Origin: Octopus sinensis
Taxonomy: Eukaryota
NCBI RefSeq assembly: GCF_006345805.1
Contig: NC_043008.1
Location: forward strand, 44,578,001 to 44,642,000
Reading direction: 5' to 3'
Length of the DNA stretch: 64,000 nt
In this document: one piece after another, positions 25,161 to 40,608 of the stretch
How positions within the stretch are numbered: position 1 is the stretch's first letter
Layout: every line of letters starts with the position of its first letter
Program-made: the position numbers and the translations under genes
The notes under the pieces: generated by a model
The model's input: only the letters and a program-made list of their open reading frames with translations
Database searches by the model: none
Told to the model about the DNA's origin: nothing

Positions 25161-27475
25161 TGTATACGTAAAATAATATTCTGGTAAAAATCATGTAGAA
25201 TGCTATGCAATGTTTGTGCACTGTTATTCGCTACTTATTCAACACAGACTGGAAATGGGCCTGCTCCCGTATATGCATCAGGAATCACCATTCTATCCGT
25301 AGTATTTACATGACAGAAAAGAGAATGAGCGACGTTCTTCACTTCGAATCACTACAATTGTTTCAACACATTTTCACACTTTTATTACATATGTGAGATT
25401 ACGTGTAATTATTATCATACATCTGAGGTGCAAAATACTGATCTGCTAGAGAGTGTTTAAATAAATCCTTCCTTAGATCCTACCACCATTTCACTCCGTG
25501 CAATGAAGGACTTATTAAACAATTAATTACCTGATACGGTGCGTGTTACTTCTTGCAGGTATTGTAATGATTATGCAACAACTCACCAATGAGTACAGGT
25601 GTAAAATTATATATTACGTTGAAACAGCTGTAGCGAGTTTGAATAAAGATAGTCTTTCTTTCGATTTTTCATTATCTCTCAATCAATCAATCAATCAATT
25701 AATCTATACAAATAGATAGATAATTTTAAATTAATAATAAAAGGGTAAAATATAGTAATCAAATTAATTAATTAATCAATCAATTAATTAATAATTTCAC
25801 AAAGTAGATCGGTACGTGTGTGTGTGTGTGTGTAATATCGGGTCATTCTCGAGTGCTTCTGGTAACATGTAACCCAGTATCATGTATCCGGCCGTCGGTG
25901 ATTGCCTGGTGAGGAAGATGATTATTTGACACCATGTGGAATGAGAAATAAGACCGATGGACAGACGGAATTGCTCACGAGAGTCACCAAGTAATCCAAT
26001 TGAGGAATTTTCTTCCTCGTCTGTCTGATAGTATACTTACACCAACTATTATTATCAACAGTAACATAAAATATGAAATCTCCTACACAAATCATTACCA
26101 TTTTAAAGAAGCTGCTGTGTGGGCTGTCCACGGGATTGGCTTGTTCCACTTGTTATCAAGTTTATTCTGAAAAAAAAAGAATAGAAATATATATTTAGAT
26201 ACAGACACATACACACACATATACAGACACATACACATATACAGAAACATACACACACATATACAAACACACACATACACAGACACAGATATTTGTGTGT
26301 ACGAATACAAGTTGTACTAAATACTGCACTGACCCTTATTACAAGATTGCATCTGGTAGACATATTTAACAGACGAACACATTTTGACAGTTTCCTCTGT
26401 TTGATTAAACGATTTAAAGGCAGATGAAACATAATTAAAAGTGGAAGAAATAAATTGAATTTCTGAAAATGGTGCAACCGCATTCGGTTTTACATTTCAG
26501 TATCGGTTGTCCTGAACAGAAAGAGTTAACTATTACCCATGGCACGTATCTAAAACTAATTCATTATATTTCACGCATTCTTATTGTTCGGTTTTCATGG
26601 TTTTGTATAATAATAAGTAGCAGGAAATAGTAAAAACATCGGATGGTTTATTTCACTGTACTAATTTCTTTAGTAAATATAGAACGAAAATGAAATTTAC
26701 TGCAATCGATATGAACAATGTGTGCGTATTGCTATCAGAAGAACTCTGAATGGAAAGTAATGGAGTAATGATTTCATTTCTATCAAAGCAGCGATGTTAG
26801 CAATTTTCATTTATAACCCATTTAGCTAATGGTTGAACTGATGTGAAGTCTGTTTTCTTTTTTTTTCTTAATTTTTTTTTTGTTTCATATCTTTCAGAAA
26901 CTGGTTGACTATTGTATCATAGTATTTTTAAATAGTTATCTGCTCTTGCAATAAGGATATGCTGGTTATTTATTTTTGATATTGACAGAATGAATTTAAT
27001 TATACGTAATATAGTATAATGCAGAGCTATAGCTAAATAGATGTCTGGCATTAAGATGAAACTAACTCTAGATTTAGCTGGTTTTATGAGAACTGCTGTA
27101 AAAATGTGTGGTGATATTCATGCATTATTATAAAACGGCATGCTTAGAAAAGACTTCAGAATGTTGGTTACATCGGTCATCGAAATATAATCTTGTAGAG
27201 CGATCTGGCTGTTAAACGCGTTATATTTGCATAATATTTAATGGACAATGCTTTGGGAGATATCGTTGAATATAGCAATGGTTCGTCGACATCTTGTTGC
27301 ATGTGTGTTCTTGTTGTTGTTTTTATTATTGTTTGGCTCCGGCTCAGCTATCGTCGAGAGATCATGTGATTAATCTTCTTCTAAGCCTAAAACACCGCGA
27401 TCATATTTTCAGATATATAAATACTTTTTCTAAGATGATTGTGTCTTATTTGAGTAGTATTTCACACTACTTTTT

Positions 27476-27660
27476 ATTTCTTTATTGCCCACAAGGGGTT
27501 AAAAACTGAGGTGAAAAACAAGGACAGACAAACGGATTAAGTCAATTACATCGACCCCAGTGCGTAACTGGTACTCAATTTATCGACCCCGAAACGATGA
27601 AAGGCAAAGTCGACATCGGCGGAATTTGAACTCAGAATGTAGCGGCAGACGAAAAACCGA
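27476..27660 (-). mobile_element. SINE family A (5'-truncated)
   Basis: Contains acaaggacagacaaacggattaagtc..gatgaaaggcaaagtcgac..gaatttgaactcagaa. Confidence 0.88.
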
Positions 27661-28499
27661 TAAGAAAATCTTAAGCCTGTTACTAATTCTAACTTCTGGC
27701 AAACCAATCGGCAGCACTATGAGGGCATCCGACGAAAAGTCTTGAGGTATGCGTTTTAGTTTCGACGGTATTTCTTGCGACAACAGTGATTCGAAACTGG
27801 GGCGAGTTTTGTCATTCTTCTGCCCAGCAACATCAATAATGTAGGGAAGGAAATTATTTATGCATGAGCAATTTCTGTTCCTTTATAAATATCATTTGCT
27901 GGGGCGTCTGCCTTAAATAAAAAAAAACCTTTTAAGGTTAGTACTATAGTTTCTTCATTCATAGGAGGGGCCTTGATTTAATGTGAATACTTAATGAAAA
28001 ATTATGCTTCGAATAATGAACAGAAATATCGCTATTATGGCTCGTAAGCCAGAAATTAATATAAATGTTATATTTGTATTAATTACCGGCTTCCAAGCAA
28101 TAATAGTTAATGATTTTCGTTTTCATTGATCGAAGCATACATTTTCTAAAGTGTTACTCATCATAAGTCGAGTACTCTGTATGCATAAGTCTTTCACCTT
28201 GGGAAATATGAGGACATGTAGCATTTCACGTTGCTTGGATCTTGTAGGTGAAATACATATCAGGGATTCTTTGCCCCACGTAGAAAACTGCAGAATCTTC
28301 TCAAAGGTTTTGCAAGTTCTCCTAAACCAATTGTAATGTTAGAAACCCTTCCGTATCGTCAGCACGTATCTCAGAGCCATAAGTCTTGATGATGAGGTAA
28401 ATACTAATGTTCAAAATATGTATTTCATCGAATTTAAATATATGCAAACAAATTTAATTTCATAGAAATAAAAAAAAAAATCGCGCTTATAACAAACCC

Positions 28500-28640
28500 T
28501 TAAGTTCAAATCATGCGTGGGTCGGGTTTATGCTTCATCGTTTCGGAGTCGATGAAATAAGTACCAGTTGAGAACTGGGGTTGATATAATCAACTAACCA
28601 CTCCCCCGAAAATGCTGGCCTCATGCCGAAATTTGAAATC
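28500..28640 (+). mobile_element. Degenerate SINE family A core
   Basis: Contains gttcaaat..cttcatcgtttcggagtcgatgaaataagtaccagttgag. Confidence 0.75.
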
Positions 28641-29790
28641 AATATTTACCATCATATATAGCTATTTTTCTTTTCCATCATTGTCAATTAGAAAAAAAAT
28701 ACCAAGCTAAATACGACTCAAATTTCATACTACTGTCTCAAAAATGGAAGCATAGTCAAGAGAGAAACTCAAACGATTTCAGATGCTCTGGAGTGGAAGC
28801 ATAGATATTCAACCACCAACTGCTACAAAGAAATACATTTAGATACAGGAGTGAGATTTCTACGTTACGGTTTTGCGGTATTTTAATTGAGAAGAAAAAA
28901 AAAAAGAAATTGTTGGTTTTTATTTCGCTGCTTCCTTCCGAATATTGATGTTCGTGTTACAATGTTGTGAGACTACACAAAAATGAAATTTAAATAGAAA
29001 CGAAAGCAGAAAAAAATATAATTACACATAGAAATATGTCGATATCAAAATCGAAAAGATTGAAACTCTATACCACAAAGTAATCCGTAGCCATTCTACT
29101 GTTACTCCATTCTTTCCCTATCTTCAGCTTAAAACAATACGAATATCTCCTGTTTCAGGGAGAGAAAAAACATGCAAATTAGATGTCCATACGAAGACGT
29201 AGAACAAGAGCAGAGCACAAATATATTTTGTTTTTGTTTTTTATTCAGCACAAAATGTTAATTATCGATTTTAAAATAATTGAGATATCGCCCCGATTAT
29301 AAGGCAAAGCAGGGTGTGTAGTATTTCACGAACTCATATATTTATTTAATTCTCTCGATTTGGCTGTCACATTGATTATGTTCCAGTTCAAAGTTTATGT
29401 ACAGGCTTTTTTACTTCTTCCTTCCCATTGCCTGTCTACACGCACACACACACACTCACACACACTCACACACACATACATATACAAATACATACATACA
29501 TACATACATACATACATACATACATACATACATGCATATGTATGTATATAAACTTAAATATAAACAGCAGTTTGCAATGTTCTACCAAAAAGCAGCATTA
29601 CAAGTGTCACTAAATGTGACTAGGTTGTTAGGAACCACCTATTTTGCTGGAAATAAGAGCTAAACCCCTCTAATGATGGAGTTAATGCGCATGTAGGAGT
29701 ACATACACAAACAGGAACCATAATTGTCCGATAAGTGCCGATCGAGAATTCCTAATACTAACGCATCAGTTTCAGGAATGTTTATATAAG

Positions 29791-29824
<34 letters not shown>

Positions 29825-29924
29825 TGTATGTATGTATGTATGTAGTATGTATGTATGTGTATATATATATATATATATATAAACAAATCAAATTGCGATA
29901 AAATAAAAAATAATTATAATCGCT

Positions 29925-30004
<80 letters not shown>

Positions 30005-30154
30005 TATAAGTGTGTGTGTGTGTGTGGACGTATATATACATGTATATATATATGTATGTATGTATGTATACAGTTGCATCCTTGTTACGCGAGAAAAGCC
30101 ATTGCCAAGAAGACTTACTCACACGCGTACACACACTCTCACACACACAAACGT

Positions 30155-30348
30155 ATTGTACTGAAATAGCATGGGTTTCAAGGGCCCACAACTATCTACT
30201 TCTTTGTCAAAACATCTGAGGTATCTCTACGGAGTGGCAGTAGATGTTTTCAAGAAACAGCTTGACCTCTTGCTATCCAATTTCCCAGATCGACGAATAA
30301 ACATGTGCCCCAGGATGGCCGCAGTCTCAAAGCTGAAACGTATAAACT
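30155..30348 (+). pseudogene. CR1-like LINE extreme 3' fragment with terminal stem-loop
   Basis: Translation [36 protein letters not shown] (compare LDRFLQRIPD of the 15.5-kb LINE), followed by gtgccccaggatggccgcagtc..gctgaaac. Confidence 0.75.
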
Positions 30349-30359
30349 AATAACAGAAT

Positions 30360-30392
<33 letters not shown>

Positions 30393-30406
<14 letters not shown>

Positions 30407-30627
30407 ATCTATATGTATGTATATATACATGTATACACACGCACACACATGTATATAATATAAATATATATATGTGTGTGTGTGTGTGTGTGTATCTATA
30501 TGTATGTATATATACATGTATACACACGCACACACATGTATATAATATAAATATATATATGTGTGTGTGTGTGTGTGTGTATCTATATGTATGTATATAT
30601 ACATGTATAACACACGCACACACATGT
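30393..30627. repeat. Compound microsatellite unit (~78 bp) repeated three times
   Basis: gtgtatctatatgtatgtatatatacatgtat(a)acacacgcacacacatgta occurs three times at ~78-bp spacing. Confidence 0.9.
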
Positions 30628-31394
30628 AGAATATATATATATATATATATATATCTATATATATATATATATATCTATATATTCAGCGTAGCGTTCATTT
30701 GGAATGCTTAACGTTACTTCCATATTCTAAGCTACAGGATACGTGGCCTGAGAATATTACTGCTAGGAATACAGCTCAATGAAGCTTATATGAAATCGAT
30801 ATCAAATGCGAACAGAATTGAACTCGCAAAGTTGTTCGAGAAAAATGGAAATGACGTCTTTTGTATAGACCACAGTTCTATGCAGACAGCTTACAACATC
30901 TGGTTATTAACTATGACTTCAATGTTTGCTAATAAACAAACATTCATTAATACATCATTTGGTAGTAAAAATATATTAAAAGATTATATCCTGCCGGCAA
31001 TATTGAAAAATAAGTAAATTAGCATGTAGAAAAACTTATTTTAAAATGAAAATACAAAAGCCAAACAAAATGACTGAGTCTACTTTAAGATGAAATGTCT
31101 GCTTCGATAATGTAAATAAAGGAAGGAAAATATGATGAAAGAATAATATTGACATCATTAGAACAACACAACACGTGATGTATCATGACGCTATCGGAAA
31201 ACAGAAATATCTGAAGATACAACGATAGTATCTATCATGAAATTGCGTTTAGCATATTTCGCATCACACTTTGTATGTAGAGGGCAGTAATATATACGTC
31301 CATGTGTGCGTGTATGCGTAATCATATATATATATATATATGATCATATAAATAATCATATATAAGTGTCTGTGCACGTGTGGGTGGATATATG

Positions 31395-31433
<39 letters not shown>

Positions 31434-31499
31434 ATATATATTATATATATATATATATATATATTATATATTGCTAGATACTCAGATGGGTGAATAACT

Positions 31500-31506
31500 A
31501 GATAGC

Positions 31507-31563
<57 letters not shown>

Positions 31564-31660
31564 AATAGATAGAAGAAGATAGATAGAAGATAGATAGATA
31601 GTAGATAGATAGATAGATAGATAGATTAGATAGACAGATAGATAGATAGATAGATAGATG

Positions 31661-31758
<98 letters not shown>

Positions 31759-31760
31759 CA
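31500..31760. repeat. (GATA)n microsatellite
   Basis: Directly visible. Confidence 0.97.
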
Positions 31761-32042
31761 GAGTGAGTGTGAGAGAGAGAATGAGAGAAACGCAGACAGC
31801 TCTTGAATACAATACGAAAAATTAATTCCAAAATGTCTCTCATTTTGTTTATTGTTTTTTTTTATAAATTAAAGAATTAAATATTTGAAGAACATCTGTT
31901 TTTAAACATCGCAAAATATCATGATTCTACTACATATGTATATATATATATATAATATATATATATAAGGTGTGGTGTCGGTGTGTGTGCCTATGTGTGT
32001 GTATATGTATGTATGTATGTATATATATATATATATATATAT

Positions 32043-32073
<31 letters not shown>

Positions 32074-32434
32074 CATATACACACACATAGGCAAACACAC
32101 AGACACACATTTATATACAGAGATAAATATATGCATACATATATACATGTATGCATGCATATGTCTGTGTATGTGTGTATGTCTTTTTAGGTGTGCAACT
32201 ATTTTAATATGCCAACAGAAATATAGGCCTACCATTCGAAAAAGGGATTTCTATTAACAAATTCCTTTTCCGTTTAAAAATGGCAACAGACACCGTAGAA
32301 AATTCTACATGTCCTTAGAACATGACTCAAGCTTTGAGAATGTCTCCGCTTCGTCTTTCAAGCTTTTCCTTGTCTTAGCTGATATTATTCTGAGGGCAAT
32401 TAGATTTTGTTTGTAAATTTCAATCTTTTTAGGT

Positions 32435-32802
32435 TCAACAAGAAATCTTTTACATATAAAAGCCGTTAGCAACACATCGTTTACCTTTCCTGTCTCCTAC
32501 CAGTAAATGTTTAGCATATCCTACCTCTTAGCAATAAATCTTTTACTTATCAGAGCTGTTAGCAATAAATATATTACATTTCGTAGATGATCGTAATGGA
32601 AGTTTTTCGTATATCTGTTAGCAATCTTACTTCCAAATATCACATCGGTTAATAATGTTTTACATCCAAAGGTAATAGCAATAAATCTTATACATATCAA
32701 ATCTGTGAGCAGTGCAACCTCTACGTAGCTGATAACTATTTATATTTTTACGTAGCATGGCTGCTAACAATAAATATATTACCGCTTATTAGCAATAAAT
32801 CG
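32435..32802. repeat. Degenerate ~31-bp minisatellite
   Basis: ttagcaataaat-like anchors at 32466, 32497, 32528 and 32559, with further copies to ~32800. Confidence 0.7.
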
Positions 32803-33255
32803 TCCTTCGAAAATCAGAACGGCAGAGCAAACAAGCACATGGAAATATAAATTAGTAACACAATAACTTAATTCTAAAAATGAATGTTAATAAAAGTAAA
32901 AACAACTAAGAAATACACCAATATATATTTCGTTTCCTATTAGCATATTTCTAAACAAATAACTTTACAGCAAATAGTTACATATCGGGTAATTACATCC
33001 TTGTATTGTATTTTGGCAGTTCGTCATTATTTACAAAAGACATGGTATTGATGAAGGTGAATTATGTCACGAACATCTGCAGTTTGATAATTACTGCCAT
33101 CTTTGCATCTTGATTGCTTGTCAATACAATTAACGAATTGAATATGCATTTTCACAGAAAGAAATCTTTTCATAAGAATCTGTAGACACGTGCATATGGT
33201 GTTCTTGTACCTTGATATTGCTACATATATACATATGTATGTATGTATATATATA

Positions 33256-33305
<50 letters not shown>

Positions 33306-33324
33306 ATGTGTATATATATATGTA

Positions 33325-33364
<40 letters not shown>

Positions 33365-33511
33365 TTATAGATATGTATGTATAAACATAACATATATGTG
33401 TAGTATATATATATGTATGTATATGTATATATATATATGCATATACATATACATATACACACATGCACACATATACACATACATACATACATACATACAT
33501 ACATACATACA

Positions 33512-33542
<31 letters not shown>

Positions 33543-33685
33543 GCATACATACATACATGCATACACACAGACAATACCTGTTTTCTTGAAGCTTAAATTC
33601 CAACGAGGGAGCCTTGGAATTGAGATAGAAACCGCCAATTTTTCTATTGGTAGGAAATCTTGGAATAAAACTAAACAGTGACACG

Positions 33686-33716
<31 letters not shown>

Positions 33717-34565
33717 ACATACACACACATACACACATATATATATATATATATATATACATCCATGCATGCATAATCTACGTATGTACATACAGGTATG
33801 CATACATACATACATACATACATACATACATACATACATACATACATACATACATACATACATACATACATACGCATGTACGTACGTACGAACAAATATA
33901 TATTTCACTTCAGATACACAATTTGTGAAGGATCTGCTGCTAATTTCATGCTTTAGAGATAGAAAAATCTGGCAGAATTATATAAGATGCCATTATCTCC
34001 AAGCAAACGTTCGGGCTCAGTGCATATCGCCACAAGTATTTAAAAACAAGGACCCTGGACTATGAGAAAGCAAGAGAAACAATAAGAAGATGCCTTACAT
34101 GCTGTATAAATCTGCGAAATTATTGTATCTCTATATACATCTCATGCTGGACGTGGTCCTGCTTTTGTTGATCCGAACTAAAGGCACTGTAATACATACA
34201 TATACATGTGTATATATAAATATTTATAAATATTTATATACATACATAAATACACACACACACACACATATATATATATATGTATATATATAAATATTTA
34301 TGAAACGGTAATACGCATTTACATTTATACAATATATATATATTGCTTATACACATGTGTGTATGTGTGTGTGTGAGTGTGTGTGAGTGTGTGTGTGTGT
34401 TTGTGTGTGTGCAGAACAGAAGGAAAAATACATATGTATACATATGTATGTACACATGAAGAAGTATCAATACTTATATATGTATTTCAACGCATGCATA
34501 TACACACGTACATATATTGTTTATTATTTTATACATTTCAGTCTAAGCCGGTGGTCATATGCATA

Positions 34566-34613
<48 letters not shown>

Positions 34614-34910
34614 CACGAGGGCTCATCGCTTGGTGCTTAGGGTGTCGCAATCACGATCTTTCGATCGTGATTTCAATACCTAGATCTGGAAGGTGCGCTG
34701 TGTTCTTGTGCAACACACTTCATCTTACCTAAGGTGTAATACACCGTACACCTGTTCAGACAACGTCGGTTTGATGGAGAGAGTGGGCTTATGTGCGGCA
34801 CGAATATTTGGTTATTATAAACAAATTATTTGTGCAGGCTTCTCGGTAAAAATGCTAAACGTTCAATCGTCGCCTTCGACGGAAAAGTTCGTCATGCACA
34901 TATATATATA

Positions 34911-35430
34911 CAGAGTGGGTGAAAATTAAGGAGGAATTAAAAGTTCGTAATAAAATCCATTTTCCTTAGACAAATTTATTGAAACGAATGATAAATGGCG
35001 GTGCCCCAGCATGGCCACAGCTCGTGAGCTGAAACTAGATAAAATAAAATACATGTTCTCTGTTACATTGGAAAATAAATGTAAATTTTTATATTTCAAC
35101 GTAAGCACTGGTATCGTCAACAGTTTTCTTAAACACCCAGGAATGGAATGGACAACATTCTGAACAACATCGTCTGAGATATCATTGAGAACCTCACCCC
35201 CTGTGTCCGCATCTCCAAGTCCTCCTATGTGCGAGGGTTTTTGTTGTACAGTTCCTCTTTTGTGTAATCCCAAAGGTAAAAATCACATGGAGTGAGATCT
35301 AGATTTCTTGGACTTCTGCGGTTACAGTCTTCAATGTATTGTGTGTCTTGTTGGTCCATTTTCAAGGGCTGTTTGTCGTGTTGGTTTCTGCAAGCAGCGA
35401 TGAGACATCTCTTGCATTGTTGCCACATTC
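34911..35430 (-). mobile_element. Decayed Tc1/mariner-superfamily transposon 3' part
   Basis: Minus-strand peptide PRNLDLTPCDFYLWDYTKEELYNKNPRT (the SPDLTPCDFxLWG motif). Terminal TA-CAGAGTG resembles a TIR end. A CR1/SINE tail is inserted at ~34995-35050. Confidence 0.7.
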
Positions 35431-35766
35431 TCTGCTGATCGAGATACGTGTATACATACGTGTATACATGCTTATACGTATATGTACAAAGCGTTACAAA
35501 GATACATATATCGATAGATAGATAAACTGACAGACAGACACGTCAATAAACAAGCATCGCAGTAGTTGTTGGAGGCATAGATAGTAATACATACATAATA
35601 CATACATATATATATATATACACACACACATATATATATATGTATACATATATATATGCATACATTTATATATACATATTTGTATATACATATATACAAC
35701 ACATATCTATATATGTATATATATGTATATATATATATAGGTATATGTATATATATATATATATAT

Positions 35767-35809
<43 letters not shown>

Positions 35810-35839
35810 CACATATATATATAATATTATATATATATA

Positions 35840-35911
<72 letters not shown>

Positions 35912-36063
35912 TAATTATATTCTACACATACATATACGTACTTCTGTCTACGTTTCCATATATATGTAGTTTTTGTATATGCATCCATAATAACCATATA
36001 CCCCACGCGGAATACATTTTGCTTGCTCTATGTGCATATATTTGTGCATAATATATATATGTT

Positions 36064-36106
<43 letters not shown>

Positions 36107-36523
36107 ATATATATATATATATATACATATATACACATATCACCTACGTATGCGTATGTATATATATGCATATATGTATATATAATTGTGTATGCATATA
36201 TACGTCTGTCTGTCTATGTATGTATATGTATATACTTCTGTGCATGTAATATATCTTTAGTGTATAATCAATCTCTGCAGATTTATTTATCTCCCTTTCT
36301 ACCTTGAAAGCGATTATAAAGTTATTGAATTCCAGCCAAGAATAATTTCTAAATAAACTTCAATTTTCCAATGCACAGACAATAGAACTACGGAGCATGA
36401 AATTATTGACACTTTCATAAAGTCTACAATCATTGACTTTCTCTTCATCTTCTTCATAATAAGTTTACATACTTATTTTCATTGTTGATCTTTCGCTCAG
36501 TTATTTATAACGATGCTGTATGG

Positions 36524-36590
<67 letters not shown>

Positions 36591-36778
36591 TGATGATGAT
36601 AATAATAATAATCGTAATAACAATGAAATTATCAACAACAACAACTGCTACTACAAAAACAACAACAAGAAAACAACAGCAATGGAATACCAGTCAAATA
36701 ATATTTATACTTTATTAGAGTGACACGCTTTCGAAATCCAGCTATTCTTCTGACGTAAAGTTGTATGTAAAACCCTTG

Positions 36779-37075
36779 TGGAGGCACATGGCCTAGTGGT
36801 TAGAGCAGCGGACTCGCGGTCGAGGAATCGTGGGTTCAAATCTCAGACCGGGTGATGTATGTGTTTATGAGCGAAACACCTAAGCTCCACGCGGGTGCGG
36901 CAGAAGGTAATGGCGAACTTCTGCTGACTCTTTCGCCACAACTTTCTCTCACTTTTTCCTCCTGTATCTTCCAGCTCACCTGCGACGGACCGGCGTTCCG
37001 TCTAGGTGGGGAACCTATGCGCCAAGGAAACAGGGAAACCGGCCATTATGAGCCAGGCATGGCTCGAGAAGAAAA
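36779..37075 (+). mobile_element. tRNA-derived SINE family B with 14-bp TSD
   Basis: A box tggcctagtgg and B box ggttcaaatc. TSD ATGTAAAACCCTTG at 36765-36778 and 37076-37089. Confidence 0.92.
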
Positions 37076-37847
37076 ATGTAAAACCCTTGGAAATGTTTAT
37101 TGTTTTATTTATTCTCTCTTTCACTCATTCACTCGCTCACACATGCACAGCACTCACAGACACACAGACACACGCACACACATTTGCATATATACATTTA
37201 TAACAGTCATGTATGCAATACACTCTCCTTAAAACTCCGCCCGACACTTTTTCGTATTTCTTTATTACCCACAAGTAAAGGATCAGTGTACACGAATCGC
37301 CCGAAAACCATTAAATACCTACTGCGGGGAGACATTATGAATACCCCATACATCTATAAATATAGTCTGGTTAATAGATTCGTATACACTTGAGTCCGTG
37401 ATACCCTACTAAATATTTTATTAAATATATTAGATGGGAAATATTTAAAACTGAAAAACAATTACTAATCGGAAAAGTCCAGACCAGATCAGGATATGAA
37501 TAGCCCTGAGGAAATATAAAGTAAAATAAGGATACAAGGTCTTTAGTAATAAGTAATTATATTTATATCAAGGGGGAAATGATAACGTTGCAAAAAACAG
37601 CTTAAAGACAAAATTTATTTTAATGAATTCTTCGGAAAAAGTTTTGGCCAAAAGTTTAAGTAATACATGAGTGAATCTGTCCATGCGCTTTATAACTCAC
37701 CTGAGACATCAACTGGTTTTGCATTAAAAATGCCTGCCCTTAAAATGATCTACATTAAAATCTTATATCCGCATTTGATGATAGTCTATTGTCCAAACAC
37801 CCATACAACCAAACATATACACAAGCACACGGGCACCCAAACACACA

Positions 37848-37888
<41 letters not shown>

Positions 37889-38128
37889 CATATTTAGTAG
37901 GAGTTACGTGTATGATTTATAAAAGTATCATATGGTTTCATGTGACTTAAAGTTTCGCAGGCAGCTAACAATATTCCGTCGCTTTCAGACATTTGATTGT
38001 AGCTTCTGTTAAAAGCCAGTGAAACTGTAAGTCATATGGAGCCGTATCAAATCGCCATGTTTCTTCTTCTTGCATAATTAGCTAGATTCATAATATGTAA
38101 TAGGTTTTTTTATACAGCGTAGTTTTAC

Positions 38129-38181
<53 letters not shown>

Positions 38182-38184
38182 CAA

Positions 38185-38370
38185 TAACATCGAAAAATAC
38201 CTTAGAAATGAGAACCCGGGTTCGAAATTTCCCCAAAATAAAAATGGCTGGAGGGTATATCAGTCGAAACGTTGTGTTTATAACCAAGATGATGAGAACA
38301 AATATCCGTCAAATGTAAATAATGTAAATAATGTACATAATTCCTCATCTCTAAAAATATAGAGTTGAAA
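38185..38370 (+). repeat. Probable Penelope-like terminal relic with hammerhead 3' half
   Basis: Stem ggctg..cagtc followed by GAAACGTTGTGT; the CTGANGA half is missing. It lies next to (AAT)n. Confidence 0.45.
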
Positions 38371-38504
38371 TAAGTACCAGTTATGAACTGGGGCCTATAA
38401 GTCTCATGTTGTTATTGTTTCATTGTTACTCTTACTTTCTTGTTCCTTACTGTTGCTATTACTATCGTCATTAGCATAATCCCCCTCCCTCTACACCTGC
38501 CTCA

Positions 38505-38880
38505 CCCCTTTCACCTCCTTCTCATTATTATCATCATCTTCATCATCATTATAATTATCACCATCGTAATCATCATAATCATCATCAAGAACACCATCAT
38601 CATCATCATCGTCATCATCATCCTCACCATCATCACCACCATCACCATCATCATAATTATCACCATCGTCGTAGTCGTCGTCATCATCATAATCATCATC
38701 ATCATCATCACCACCATCATCATCCTTACCATCATCACCACTATCATCATCATCATCATCATCATCATCACCATCATCATCATCACCATCATCATCCTCA
38801 CCATCATCACCACTATCATCATCCTCATCATCATAATCATCAGCATCATCATCACCACCATCATCATCCTCACCATCATC

Positions 38881-38912
<32 letters not shown>

Positions 38913-39085
38913 CATCATTATCAACATCATCATCATAGTCATCATCATCATCGTCATCATCATAATCATCATCATCATCACCACCATCATCATCATCCTC
39001 ACCATCATCACCACTATCATCATCATCATCATCGTCATCGTCATCATCATCATCATCATTAACATCATCAACAACAACATCAACG
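38505..39085. repeat. Degenerate (CAT)n trinucleotide array
   Basis: Directly visible, with recurring sub-unit atcctcaccatcatcaccac. Confidence 0.95.
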
Positions 39086-40388
39086 GCACTATCATATTAT
39101 TGTTATTGCCGCTGTTGTTGTTTTTGTTGTTGTCATTTATTCTTGTTAGTATCGTTAGCGTTATTAGTATTCTTATTTTGTTTTATCGATATTTTCAAGG
39201 TTGTTGTTGTTGTTGGTGTTGTTGTTATTGTTGTTGATGTGGCTATTGTAGTTATCGATCTGACCCCACCACCACCACCACCACCACCACCACTACAACG
39301 AGTATTTCTGCTGTTGTTGATTTTCGTCGCTGCTTATCTACGACTACCACCGCCACCACCACGACTACTACTAATTCTACTACTACTACTACTACTGAAA
39401 GCACTTATTATATTTTTGAAAATCAGTTTTGTTTCCAAATAAGCCAACGCATATATTTTGTCTGCTATGCAAATATAAACATAGGAATGTTATGCAATGA
39501 TCTTGTTCCTTTACTATTCCTATTTCTTGATTGGTTTTTGTTGTATTTGTTGTTACTGTTGTTGTTGTTGATTGTTATTTGTATTTTCTTTTGTTTGTAT
39601 GTTAGGGGAGAAAAAAAAAACAACTCTTTGTTGCAACAAAATAACCAAATTAATAATAGAGATGGCGCCTTTCAGAAAACACTACAGAGATTATAGCTTA
39701 CTGCATCAGAAACCAGTATGACGGTCAGATCGACAAAAATTACGCAATGTTAAGCCCTGCTGTTATTTAAATATATGACCCTGGGAATGCATTATCTAAC
39801 CGCTAGCCAGGTGACTGTAAAGAAGCAAAGGAAAAAAAAAACTTTGTCAATACAAGCGAATCCAGTTGGATGAAGAAAGAACTGTAGCAGTCTTGAAGTC
39901 TGTAATATAACATTTGGCGTCAGAGAGAGCTTGTTGATGGAAAAATTGAATACAGCAATATATGTAGATATAAGGAAATAATCGTATATATTGTAATAGA
40001 ATGAAATTATTAGGTTTTAAGTATTGTTGTTCACAAACAACTTCGGGATATGAAGTCGGTTTCGCCGATATACTTGTATTTGTTTTGTTTGACTTCAGGT
40101 TAGCACTGACGAAGCAGATCTTTGATCAAAGGCGTTCTAGACGTGGTCATCCAATTTGTTTTCGGTTTTTGTTTGTTTCATATCGCACATCACCAACTAA
40201 ATTATATAATGTATTCTTCTACGCTCCAGTTTATTATTGCAACCAGACAAAACAGTGTGATTTGTAAATGTTTTAATGGGTAATTTTACCAGGTCGAACG
40301 TCAAAATGCTTGTTGATTTCTGTGTGTCTTCATGAACAGAAGAGCAAAATAAACAATATCTAAATGTGTGTTGTAATACATTTAACAC

Positions 40389-40480
<92 letters not shown>

Positions 40481-40519
40481 CTATCTATCTCTATATATCA
40501 ATGTCTATCTTTCCCTCTT

Positions 40520-40608
<89 letters not shown>

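Noticed and set aside
26850-26960. Strong polypyrimidine/CAG acceptor
   Set aside because: Downstream frames close quickly and there is no good donor nearby.
32435-32802. CRISPR-like or C2H2 zinc-finger array
   Set aside because: There are no unique spacers or cas genes, the context is eukaryotic, and a 31-bp period does not fit an 84-bp zinc-finger repeat.
33027-33908. 293-aa ORF and the many [20 protein letters not shown] ORFs
   Set aside because: Di- and tetranucleotide microsatellites contain no stop codons in several frames.
36779-36850. tRNA genes at A/B-box motifs (also 14577, 21311, 45030)
   Set aside because: No complete cloverleaf; each continues into a SINE body, and one has a TSD.
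38440-39237. 265-aa Ile/Thr-rich ORF and antisense Met-rich ORF
   Set aside because: They are translations of a (CAT)n array, which lacks stops by composition.
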